Source: Chthoniobacterales bacterium
GTDB taxonomy: Bacteria > Verrucomicrobiota > Verrucomicrobiia > Chthoniobacterales > UBA10450
Direction of reading: 5' to 3'
Assembly: GCA_035473775.1 (NCBI GenBank)
Contig: DATINV010000099.1
Span: 5,806-69,805 of the forward strand
DNA: 64,000 nt
Positions 46,147 to 54,232 of this stretch are shown here, piece after piece. Positions within the stretch are counted from its first letter, which is position 1, and each line of letters begins with the position of its first letter. The translations under genes and the position numbers were made by a program. The notes under the pieces were generated by a model, which saw only the letters and a program-made list of their open reading frames with translations, was not told the DNA's origin and made no database searches.

Positions 46147-46884
46147 ATGGCTGATTATCTCTTAATAGACATCAGCAACTCGTTCACGAAACTCGCGTTC
46201 GCAACGCCGCGAAAAATTTCGAACCCAAAACGGATCGAAACACCCAGACTGACCAGCGTCGCCCTCAAACGCCTCATTCGAAATCGGACGATTGACCGGG
46301 TAGTGGTTTGTTCGGTCGTCCCGACAAAGAATGCAGCGGTTCGATCGGCTGCGAAACGATCGAAGATTTTGTGGTTAACACCGGACATTAAACTCGGCGT
46401 CGGAATTGATTACCCAAATCCCAGAGCGATTGGCGCGGATCGGCTCGCCAATGCTGCCGCGGTCGCAGCGCTTTATGGTTGTCCGGCAATCGTCGTCGAT
46501 TTCGGAACTGCGGTGACGTTCGATATTGTTTCCAGGCAACGGAAATACATTGGGGGCGTGATCGCGCCCGGCTTGGAATCGATGACAAATTTTCTTTATC
46601 AACGCACCGCTTTGTTACCGAAGCTCTCGCTCAAGGAGCCAAAATCAGCGGTTGGCAGATCGACCCTGGAAGCGATGCGGGCCGGAGCTGTAATCGGCTA
46701 CCGTGGATTGGTGCGGGAGATCATTGCTCGGATCAAAGCAGAGCGTTTTGCTAAGCAAAAGGTGCGAGTGATTGCCACTGGCGGCTATGCCGGCTTGATT
46801 GCGGCGCACCTGCGCGAAATCGACTCGGTTCATTCGAATTTGACCCTGGAAGGGCTGCGAATCGTGGCCAATTTGAACCGGTAG
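46147..46884 (+). CDS. coaX: type III pantothenate kinase
   Basis: MADYLLIDISNSFTK (the DxGNT-type phosphate-1 motif), IGADRLANA, VVDFGTAVTFD and ATGGYA. The ATG at 46147 is preferred over the GTG at 46138. Confidence 0.85.
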   Translation: MADYLLIDISNSFTKLAFATPRKISNPKRIETPRLTSVALKRLIRNRTIDRVVVCSVVPTKNAAVRSAAKRSKILWLTPDIKLGVGIDYPNPRAIGADRLANAAAVAALYGCPAIVVDFGTAVTFDIVSRQRKYIGGVIAPGLESMTNFLYQRTALLPKLSLKEPKSAVGRSTLEAMRAGAVIGYRGLVREIIARIKAERFAKQKVRVIATGGYAGLIAAHLREIDSVHSNLTLEGLRIVANLNR

Positions 46885-46988
46885 AACACCTTCGGCACGG
46901 GGCTCCGGCCAGACCCTCAAAAATATCTGGGGGGCGCACATTTTAGGCTTGTAATCGAAGCTTCAAAACGGTTTCATACTCCGAGGCC

Positions 46989-49900
46989 ATGAAATTCCGG
47001 AAAATCGCGGCTATCGCCGTGCTCGTACTTGGGTCTTTGGCGGCGGACAATGTTGCTCCGTCGAAGGCGGAACTGGAAGGAATGTATGACAAGGCGTTTC
47101 GCGCTTTCGATTCGAGCAATTTCCCGGAGGCATTAAAACAACTCGACGCTATCGATACGCGTCAACCCGATCTGGCCGAGTCGCAAAATTTGCGCGGCGT
47201 GATTTACATGCGGCAGGGGATTTACGACAAAGCGGAAGCCGCGTTGCGTGAAGCGTTGCGAATCGATCCGAAATTCTGGAACGCGCGTTTCAATTTGGCC
47301 GAAATTCCGTTTTTGAGAAAAGATTGGGCCGATGCGCGCAATCGTTTTCAGGAATTGCTTTCCAGCAACGCTTCCGAACTGCAAGGGGAAGCGACTCAGC
47401 TCATCCAATACAAAATTCTCCTGACTTATTTGCTCGAAGGAAAGGAGAACATGGTCGATTCGATTCTGGCCAAGTTTGAACTTTCGCCGGACACGCCGGC
47501 AGTGCATTACGCTAATGCCGCGATCGCACTCCAACAAAAGAATACTCAAGAAGCGCGTGATTGGATGGCGCAGGCCGAAAAGAATTTTTCGCCTCAGCTC
47601 AATAAACTTTTCGCCGAATCGTTGTACGAAGTCGGCTGGTTGCAGAAACAAGCTGGCCAGCAGCGCGCGGCGCTCGAGTTGACCTCGGCTTCGGAGCGCT
47701 CGGCAAAATCAAAAGCGTTTGCCAAATCACGAGTTGAGCAGGCGCGCCAGGCGTTTCAGCAGCGCGACCTCACGTCGGCTTTGAAATTTGTGAACGACGC
47801 GGACGCGGCGGATCCGAACCAGGCCAGCATCTTCAATCTCCGCGGTGAGATTTTGATGGAGCAAAAGCAATTCGATCAGTCCGAGGCCGAATTCAAAAAA
47901 GCGTTGAAGACCGATCCGAAATTCCGCCAGGCGCAATTCAATCTGGCGTTGGTGCCACTGAAGAAAAAAGATTACACCACGGCGCGCGATCGCTTCGAAG
48001 CGCTTTTGGGCAAAACGCCCGGCGGAGACAAGAGTGAGGGCGCCCAGATCATCAAGTTCAACGTCTTCATGACTTTCTTGCTGGAGGGCAAAGAAAGCCG
48101 TGCCCAGAAGATGATGGAGCAATTCCAATTTACCGGCGACACACCGGCGCTTTATTACGCGCAAGCCGCCTGGGAGTTTAAACATAACAATCCAAACAAG
48201 GCGACGGACTGGATCACTTCCGCGAAGAAAATTTATTCGCCCGCTTTGAATCTGGTTTTTGCGGATTCATTTTACGATCTCGGCTGGTTGCAAAGCCCGG
48301 CTGTGGCCACTTCTCCGGCGCCCGCGGCCGAAGCGGCGACGGCGTTGGCGGAAGCTCAAACCGAAGCCAGCCCGGCGATCGAGCCAAGTCCGATTCCAGG
48401 AGCTGCGCTTGCCAAGAATAAGGCTGGTGCACCAGCGATTGCCGGAATGGAAGCAACCGCACCCAAGGCGGAGGAAAGTTTGGCCAGTGCCGCTGTGAAG
48501 GAAGCCACCTCCCGCGCGCCTCAATCGTTTGCTGCGGGAAGTCCAGCCAAGCCAGACGAAATTCCGACTGCTGCGGCGCCCACATTCTCTCCAGTAGTAG
48601 AGACGCCAGTCGCGGCAGCGAACGCTCCGGCTTCGGCAGCAGTTCCGAAAGAGCAGCCGGCGAAGACGGAGACAAGCAAAGCAACGTCTCAAGCTCCACT
48701 ACAAGCAAAAGCTCCTGCAGTTGCTGAAGCGAAAGCGCCAGCCGCTAAGCCAGCCGAATCTGCGCCCGCAACCGTTCTCGCGCCCGCGCGAGTTGCCGAA
48801 GGTTCGCGAAGCAAGTTTGATGGACAGAGTCTGCTGGTTGGAGCGCTCGTGCTGACGGGAATTGGTCTGCTCGCCTGGGTGTTTGTCCCTGTTGTTCGCC
48901 GTCGCGGAATTCAGTTGCCCAATTTCCGTCGCCCGGCGCCTGCAACCGGTCCGCAATTGAGCGGTATGGAACTTGCAGCGTCGGCTTCGCCACAAAAGGA
49001 AATGAAGGTGATGCCGCGAGTGACTGGAGGTCCCAGACAAGTTTCGCTGAAACTGAAAGCGTCTGAGCCGTCGCTGCGTCGCGCGGTAGTACCGTTGAGC
49101 AAACCCGGCCGCGTATTTGGTAACGGTAATGGCAACGGCAATGGCGGGGCCGCGGTTGTGGAACCGGCGATCGAAGGCAACGGCAAACGTCATGTTGTGA
49201 TGCCCGAGCCTGTGGTGGAAGAAGCGTTCGAGGCCGTCGGACCGGTCGTGGAATCCGTTGGACCGGTAATGGAATCGGTTGGGCCGGTCTTTGAACAAGG
49301 CGCGGTGACCGCAGCAGCAGCGCCTGTCGCCGAACCGGAATGGGTTTCACAACCAGTTGAAACCCCGACGTTCGATATGCCGCAGCCACTCGTTACCGAG
49401 CTCGAACCACTCGTTAGCGAGCCCGAACCAATCGTTGCCGAGCCTGAACCAATCGTTTTTGAGCCAGAACCGGTTACAATGCCAGAACCGGAACCACTGT
49501 TCGCGCAGATGCCAATTGTGGCCGAGCCGGAGGTTGAGCCGGTGGGTCAAGGACAACCCATTCCTCAGTTGACGCCTGTTGAGGAACCGTCGATCATTGA
49601 GGTCACCGAACCCGAACCGGCTGCAGTCGAGGCGTTTCGTCAACCAGGCGAACCGTTTATTTCGCCGGAACCGGTCATTGAAACACCAGTTTACGAACCA
49701 ACCACACCAGTAATCATGCCTGAACCGATCCAAATCCCAACCGCTCAACGAGGTGGCTCACCTCAACCTGCCGGCGCCATGCAAACCGCCGTGCAACTCA
49801 CCTTCGCTTTCGAGATTGCGTCGATGCAGCTGACTCCGTCCTTCAAGATGGGCGCTTTGCAATTGCGGCCCTCCTCGAAGGTTGTGACGATGCGCCTCGC

Positions 49901-50363
49901 CGGTTCTTCACCGCAGCCTGCGATGAATCTGCAGGTGACTTTCGAGATCGCTCGGATCCAGCCAGCCGGCGGGACTCTCGGCAGCGTTCGTCTGACCCCA
50001 TCGCAACAGCAACGTCCGTCCGTTGTTGGCTCGCCCTCCTTCACGGTTGGCGGCCTTCATCTGGTTTCAGACTTTGCCGCCGCGCCGTTGCAACTAACGC
50101 CGTCCCAACAGGGTCAGGCGGCCGTGCACGTGGTCGCGCCGTTCCAGATCGCAACGGTTGAATTCTCACCATCGTTCGAAATTTCGTCGATCGTGCTGAA
50201 CTCCAATTCGAAGCAAGTAATGGTGCAATTGCCGACCGCCGCAGGAACCGCAGTCGAAGGCGCTCCAATGTTCGAGATTTCGAACCTGCAACTCACCGGC
50301 AGTGGCGAAATCGGAATGATGCAGCTGAACCTGCTCGGCCAGGGTCCGCGCCGCGCCGCGTAA
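46989..50363 (+). CDS. large envelope-spanning protein: signal peptide, TPR domain, Ala/Pro-rich spacer, single TM helix, acidic Pro/Glu repeats, novel C-terminal repeat module
   Basis: 1124 aa with the signal MKFRKIAAIAVLVLGSLAADN. TPR-like helices span roughly residues 30-430. A low-complexity A/P/E/K region follows, then a TM at about 48830-48897 (LLVGALVLTGIGLLAWVFVPVV-RRRG). After that come GNGNGNGNG, (V/I)xEPEP repeats and FEI..QLTPS repeats. Confidence 0.6.
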   Translation: MKFRKIAAIAVLVLGSLAADNVAPSKAELEGMYDKAFRAFDSSNFPEALKQLDAIDTRQPDLAESQNLRGVIYMRQGIYDKAEAALREALRIDPKFWNARFNLAEIPFLRKDWADARNRFQELLSSNASELQGEATQLIQYKILLTYLLEGKENMVDSILAKFELSPDTPAVHYANAAIALQQKNTQEARDWMAQAEKNFSPQLNKLFAESLYEVGWLQKQAGQQRAALELTSASERSAKSKAFAKSRVEQARQAFQQRDLTSALKFVNDADAADPNQASIFNLRGEILMEQKQFDQSEAEFKKALKTDPKFRQAQFNLALVPLKKKDYTTARDRFEALLGKTPGGDKSEGAQIIKFNVFMTFLLEGKESRAQKMMEQFQFTGDTPALYYAQAAWEFKHNNPNKATDWITSAKKIYSPALNLVFADSFYDLGWLQSPAVATSPAPAAEAATALAEAQTEASPAIEPSPIPGAALAKNKAGAPAIAGMEATAPKAEESLASAAVKEATSRAPQSFAAGSPAKPDEIPTAAAPTFSPVVETPVAAANAPASAAVPKEQPAKTETSKATSQAPLQAKAPAVAEAKAPAAKPAESAPATVLAPARVAEGSRSKFDGQSLLVGALVLTGIGLLAWVFVPVVRRRGIQLPNFRRPAPATGPQLSGMELAASASPQKEMKVMPRVTGGPRQVSLKLKASEPSLRRAVVPLSKPGRVFGNGNGNGNGGAAVVEPAIEGNGKRHVVMPEPVVEEAFEAVGPVVESVGPVMESVGPVFEQGAVTAAAAPVAEPEWVSQPVETPTFDMPQPLVTELEPLVSEPEPIVAEPEPIVFEPEPVTMPEPEPLFAQMPIVAEPEVEPVGQGQPIPQLTPVEEPSIIEVTEPEPAAVEAFRQPGEPFISPEPVIETPVYEPTTPVIMPEPIQIPTAQRGGSPQPAGAMQTAVQLTFAFEIASMQLTPSFKMGALQLRPSSKVVTMRLAGSSPQPAMNLQVTFEIARIQPAGGTLGSVRLTPSQQQRPSVVGSPSFTVGGLHLVSDFAAAPLQLTPSQQGQAAVHVVAPFQIATVEFSPSFEISSIVLNSNSKQVMVQLPTAAGTAVEGAPMFEISNLQLTGSGEIGMMQLNLLGQGPRRAA
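49119..49148 (+). repeat. in-frame (GGY-AAY)n hexanucleotide repeat encoding GNGNGNGNGG
   Basis: ggt aac ggt aat ggc aac ggc aat ggc ggg, read directly and in the frame of the 46989 ORF. Confidence 0.9.
49236..49298 (+). repeat. three in-frame 21-nt tandem units (VGPVVES / VGPVMES / VGPVFEQ)
   Basis: gtcggaccggtcgtggaatcc / gttggaccggtaatggaatcg / gttgggccggtctttgaacaa, read directly. Confidence 0.9.
49386..49496 (+). repeat. four in-frame 21-nt tandem units plus a longer fifth unit, encoding acidic P-(L/I)V-x-E-(L/P)-E heptads
   Basis: The encoded units are PLVTELE, PLVSEPE, PIVAEPE, PIVFEPE and PVTMPEPEP. The DNA units ccactcgtt..gaa / ccaatcgtt..gaa are clearly related. Confidence 0.85.
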
Positions 50364-50384
50364 CCATCGCTAACAAACTTTCGT

Positions 50385-50417
50385 CAGAGCGACTCGCCCG
50401 AGTCGCTCTGTTTGTGT
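50385..50417 (+). terminator. rho-independent terminator
   Basis: Inverted repeat CAGAGCGACTCG-cc-CGAGTCGCTCTG followed by TTTGTGT. It lies 22 nt after the stop at 50363. Confidence 0.65.
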
Positions 50418-50428
50418 ACGGCCTTCGG

Positions 50429-51547
50429 CTATTTTCCTTTGCCGAACGAGCTGCGATTTAACGAGCGCAGCTCTTTCGGAAGAAATTCTCCGTCACGACG
50501 GATCAATTCCCCGTCGAAATAGATCTCACCGCCGCCGTAACTTTTCCGTTGGATACAGACCATGTCCCAATGCACCTGGCTTCGGTTGCCATTGTCGGCT
50601 TCTTCGTAGGCCTGGCCCGGCGTGAAATGAAACGAACCGGCGATTTTTTCGTCGAAAAGAATGTCCCGCATCGGCTCGAGCACATAAGGGTTAAATCCGA
50701 ACGAAAACTCGCCGACGTAGCGCGCTCCCGCGTCGGAGTTGAGGATCTTGTTTAGTTTCTCGGTTTGGTTGCTCGTTGCCTTAACGACTTTACCGTTTCG
50801 GAAATCGAGACGGATCCCGTCAAAGGCGATGCTTTGATAAATCGTGGGCGCGTTGAACGTGACGTGCCCTTCCACAGAGTTCTTGACTGGTGCCGTGAAA
50901 ACCTCGCCGTCCGGAATGTTTCGATCGCCGCCGCAAATGATTGCCGGAATTCCTTTGATGCTGAACCGCAGATTTGTTCCCGGTCCTTTAATTTGTACGC
51001 GATCGGCGCTTTCCATTAAGTTCTTCAACGCCTTCATGCCCGGCTGCAGTTTCTGGTAGTCGAGCGTGCAAACGTCGAAATAGAAATCTTCAAAGGCTTC
51101 GGTGCTCATTCCGGCCAGCTGGGCCATCGACGGAGACGGCCAGCGCAGAACACACCACTTCGTTTTCTTCACCCGCTGGTCCTGGACCGGCCGCATTTTC
51201 TTCGCCACCAGCTGCATTTTCGTGACTGGCACATCCGACAATTCGGTAATGTTATTGCTACCCCGAAGCGCGATATAGGCCTGCATCTTCTTCATTCGGG
51301 CAAGTTCGTGGGCGGCCGCAATATTCAATTGGCGATCGGACGCCTCCAATGCCAACTCGCGGCTGATTCGGTTACGCTGAACCTGGACGAATGGAATCGC
51401 GCCGGCTTTTCGAGCGGCGCGCACGAGCGCAATCGTCATTTCGTCCGGAACATCGAAGGCTTCAATCAAGACGTTCTCGTTCCGTTTGAGTCTGGTCGAA
51501 TATTCGACCAATAATTTGGCGAGCTTATCGAAGCGGGCGTCATGCAT
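50429..51547 (-). CDS. aminopeptidase, M29 (AmpS/PepS) family
   Basis: Start at the ATG at 51547 ([17 protein letters not shown]). The family-like blocks are [19 protein letters not shown] and [16 protein letters not shown]. Confidence 0.8.
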   Translation of the reverse strand: MHDARFDKLAKLLVEYSTRLKRNENVLIEAFDVPDEMTIALVRAARKAGAIPFVQVQRNRISRELALEASDRQLNIAAAHELARMKKMQAYIALRGSNNITELSDVPVTKMQLVAKKMRPVQDQRVKKTKWCVLRWPSPSMAQLAGMSTEAFEDFYFDVCTLDYQKLQPGMKALKNLMESADRVQIKGPGTNLRFSIKGIPAIICGGDRNIPDGEVFTAPVKNSVEGHVTFNAPTIYQSIAFDGIRLDFRNGKVVKATSNQTEKLNKILNSDAGARYVGEFSFGFNPYVLEPMRDILFDEKIAGSFHFTPGQAYEEADNGNRSQVHWDMVCIQRKSYGGGEIYFDGELIRRDGEFLPKELRSLNRSSFGKGK

Positions 51548-51610
51548 AGGGTGGTACGATTCCATTCCGGGGCAGGGATGCAACCCTCAGCGCAGGTTGA
51601 CTCGACTAGT

Positions 51611-52861
51611 CTAGTTCGTCCGACGAAATCTTGCCGCAAAAGCGCCGTCAAAATGATTCGTGAATGGAAGACATTTTCGTTGCTCCTCCAATTTAAAGCT
51701 CGGCATATCGCGGATCAGCGCTCGCGTGACCTCTTCATTTTCTTCGCGTTCAAGACTGCACGTGCTGTAAACGAGAATCCCAGCCGGTTTCAGCAACGCC
51801 GAAACCGCATGCGCGATTTCCAACTGGCGGTCTCGCATACGTCCAAATTCGGTTGGCTTTAATCGCCACCGGACATCCACCCGCCGGCGCATGACGCCGG
51901 TGTTGCTGCAGGGCGCGTCGATCAGGATTCGGTCGAAGGGAGCCAGCGAATGGATCGCCTCGGGCGTTTCTGTTTTTGTCCAGTCGTGTCGAAAGATCTC
52001 CGCGATCCGAGCACCGAGCCGGTCGACGTTTTCTTGAACGAGACTCAATCGATCTGCCTCACGGTCGCAAGCCAGGATCAAACCATCGTTTTGCATCAAC
52101 TCGGCGAGATAGGCTGTTTTTCCGCCAGGTGCCGCGCATGCGTCGAGGATCTTCTCGCCGGGTTTTGGTTCCAATAATTCACACGCGATCGCTGTGCTCG
52201 GGTCCTGGATGTAACAGTCTCCCTGACTGAGCGCCTTATTTGGCGAAGAGAGCTCTACGAAGTTTGCAATGTTTGGGATCGAGCGAGCGTCGCGATATCG
52301 CTCCAGAAAATTCGGAAGATCGGTCTTCAGCCGATTGATGCGCGCGTAGATCGGCGGCGGCCGATTGTTCCATTCACACAATGCGGTGGTTGCCTCGTCC
52401 CCAAATTCTTTGCCCCAGCGTTCGATCAAGAATTTGGGGTGCGAAAATCGAATGTCCTGCGGCTGTGATCGTAGCTCTTGCCGCAAATCGGTTTCCTTTC
52501 GAATCGCCGATCGCAGGATTCCATTTATGATTGGTCGCTGCCGTTTTGTGACCAGGTGAACAGTCTCGTAGACGGCTGCATGCTCGGACGTCTTCGCAAT
52601 AAACAATTGGTAAAGCCCTAGCCGCAAAACATCTCGAACATCGACATCTATTCGACGTGGCCGCAGTGAGGCGATCCAGAAATCAAGCAGGGTGAGGTTT
52701 CGTAGAACCCCGTAAAAAAGTTCGACCGCGAAGGCGCGATCGGTTGATTTCAACAGCGCATCGTCTAAGAGCCGCGAAATGACACGATCGGCAAAATACC
52801 GTCTCGTCCGCCAGATTTTCAGCGCGGCGAGGGCGACTCGGCGAGCTGAAAGCTGCGCCAC
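51611..52861 (-). CDS. rsmB: 16S rRNA (cytosine-C5)-methyltransferase RsmB/Sun
   Basis: 416 aa. An N-terminal NusB-like domain precedes ILDACAAPGGKT, DRILIDAPCSNTGVMRR and VYSTCSLE. Confidence 0.88.
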   Translation of the reverse strand: MAQLSARRVALAALKIWRTRRYFADRVISRLLDDALLKSTDRAFAVELFYGVLRNLTLLDFWIASLRPRRIDVDVRDVLRLGLYQLFIAKTSEHAAVYETVHLVTKRQRPIINGILRSAIRKETDLRQELRSQPQDIRFSHPKFLIERWGKEFGDEATTALCEWNNRPPPIYARINRLKTDLPNFLERYRDARSIPNIANFVELSSPNKALSQGDCYIQDPSTAIACELLEPKPGEKILDACAAPGGKTAYLAELMQNDGLILACDREADRLSLVQENVDRLGARIAEIFRHDWTKTETPEAIHSLAPFDRILIDAPCSNTGVMRRRVDVRWRLKPTEFGRMRDRQLEIAHAVSALLKPAGILVYSTCSLEREENEEVTRALIRDMPSFKLEEQRKCLPFTNHFDGAFAARFRRTN

Positions 52862-52868
52862 GGTAGTT

Positions 52869-54182
52869 TTATCGCGGGATGGTGCTGGCGCGGCCCATCG
52901 AATGATAATGAAAGCCGAACTCGCCCATCGTCTCGGGATTTAAGAGATTCCGTCCGTCGAAAACGATTGGTGTGGTCATGCGTTTCTTGACCTCGGCGAA
53001 ATCGATGTTGGCAAACTCCGGCCATTCCGTCGCAATCACCAGCGCTTCGGCCCCATCGACCGCGTCCAAGGCCGACTTTGCAAAATTCGCGTCCGCGACG
53101 GCTTTCAACTCGCGAGCTTTCTCCATTCCTTTTGGATCGTAAACGCTGACGTGCGCGCCTTCGCGTAGCATCGAGTCAACCAGCTCGACCGCAACAGATG
53201 AGCGAACGTCATCCGTATCAGGTTTAAAGGTCAGACCCCAAACTGCGATCCGTTTTTCACGCAATACCCACAACGTGTCGCGAATGAGTTTCAGGAAACG
53301 CTCCTTTTGCAATCCATTTATCCGCTGCACTTCCTTCAAGAGCGTGAATGGCACGCCAAGCTGATCGCTGATGTGGATGAAGGCGGCCACATCTTTGGGA
53401 AAGCAGGAGCCGCCGTAACCGATGCCGGCGTTCAGGAATTGTCGTCCGATTCGCCGATCCATTCCGATTCCATCGGCGACCTTCTCGACGTCCGCCCCGC
53501 TAACTTGGCAGATCGCGGAAATGGCGTTGATGTAGGAAATCTTCAGCGCCAAAAAAGAATTGGCCGCGTGCTTGATCAGTTCTGCGCTGTTGATGTCGGT
53601 GACCAATATTGGCGCCATGAAGGGCTCATACACTTTCTTCATCAGGTCCACCGCATTCTGACTTTGCGCGCCGATAACAATTCGGTCCGGATGCATCAAA
53701 TCGTGAATGGCGCAGCCCTCGCGGAGAAATTCGGGATTGCTAACGACATCAAACTTCGCGCCGTGGCGGTTGTAGCGTTTGATCGTCTCAGCGACGCGTT
53801 CGCCGGTCTTCACCGGCACAGTGCTTTTGTCGACGATTACTCGATAGTCACTCAATACGTCGGCAATTTCGCGGGAAACTTTTTCGATGAAGCTGAGATC
53901 GACTTCTCCGTTAGGCTGAGGCGGCGTTGGGACGGCAATGAAAACGATTTGTGAATTGTCCACTCCTTCGCGAATGCTGCTGCTAAAGCGCAGACGATGG
54001 GCCGAGACATTGCGGTGGATGATCTGTTCCAGGCCAGGTTCGTAAATTGGAATGCGGCCTGCCTGCAAGGTTTTGACTTTGGCTTCGTCGTTGTCGACGC
54101 AAACCACGTTGTGCCCGACGTCGGCAAAACAAGCGCCGGTAACAAGACCTACATAGCCCGAACCGATGATCGAAATATCCAT
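52869..54182 (-). CDS. ugd: UDP-glucose 6-dehydrogenase
   Basis: 437 aa with ISIIGSGYVGLVTGACFA, the catalytic Cys context GYGGSCFPKD, and a C-terminal UDP-binding domain. Confidence 0.92.
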   Translation of the reverse strand: MDISIIGSGYVGLVTGACFADVGHNVVCVDNDEAKVKTLQAGRIPIYEPGLEQIIHRNVSAHRLRFSSSIREGVDNSQIVFIAVPTPPQPNGEVDLSFIEKVSREIADVLSDYRVIVDKSTVPVKTGERVAETIKRYNRHGAKFDVVSNPEFLREGCAIHDLMHPDRIVIGAQSQNAVDLMKKVYEPFMAPILVTDINSAELIKHAANSFLALKISYINAISAICQVSGADVEKVADGIGMDRRIGRQFLNAGIGYGGSCFPKDVAAFIHISDQLGVPFTLLKEVQRINGLQKERFLKLIRDTLWVLREKRIAVWGLTFKPDTDDVRSSVAVELVDSMLREGAHVSVYDPKGMEKARELKAVADANFAKSALDAVDGAEALVIATEWPEFANIDFAEVKKRMTTPIVFDGRNLLNPETMGEFGFHYHSMGRASTIPR

Positions 54183-54232
54183 GAATGAAGAATGTTGCTA
54201 GCGGCTCAACCTAGCACAGTCCCAGGGGATGT

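Noticed and set aside
48214-49389. Several 140-214 aa minus-strand ORFs across the Ala/Pro-rich and repeat region of the 1124-aa protein
   Set aside because: Low-complexity GC-rich coding DNA keeps several frames open. The plus-strand frame is continuous from a signal peptide to a terminator-backed stop.
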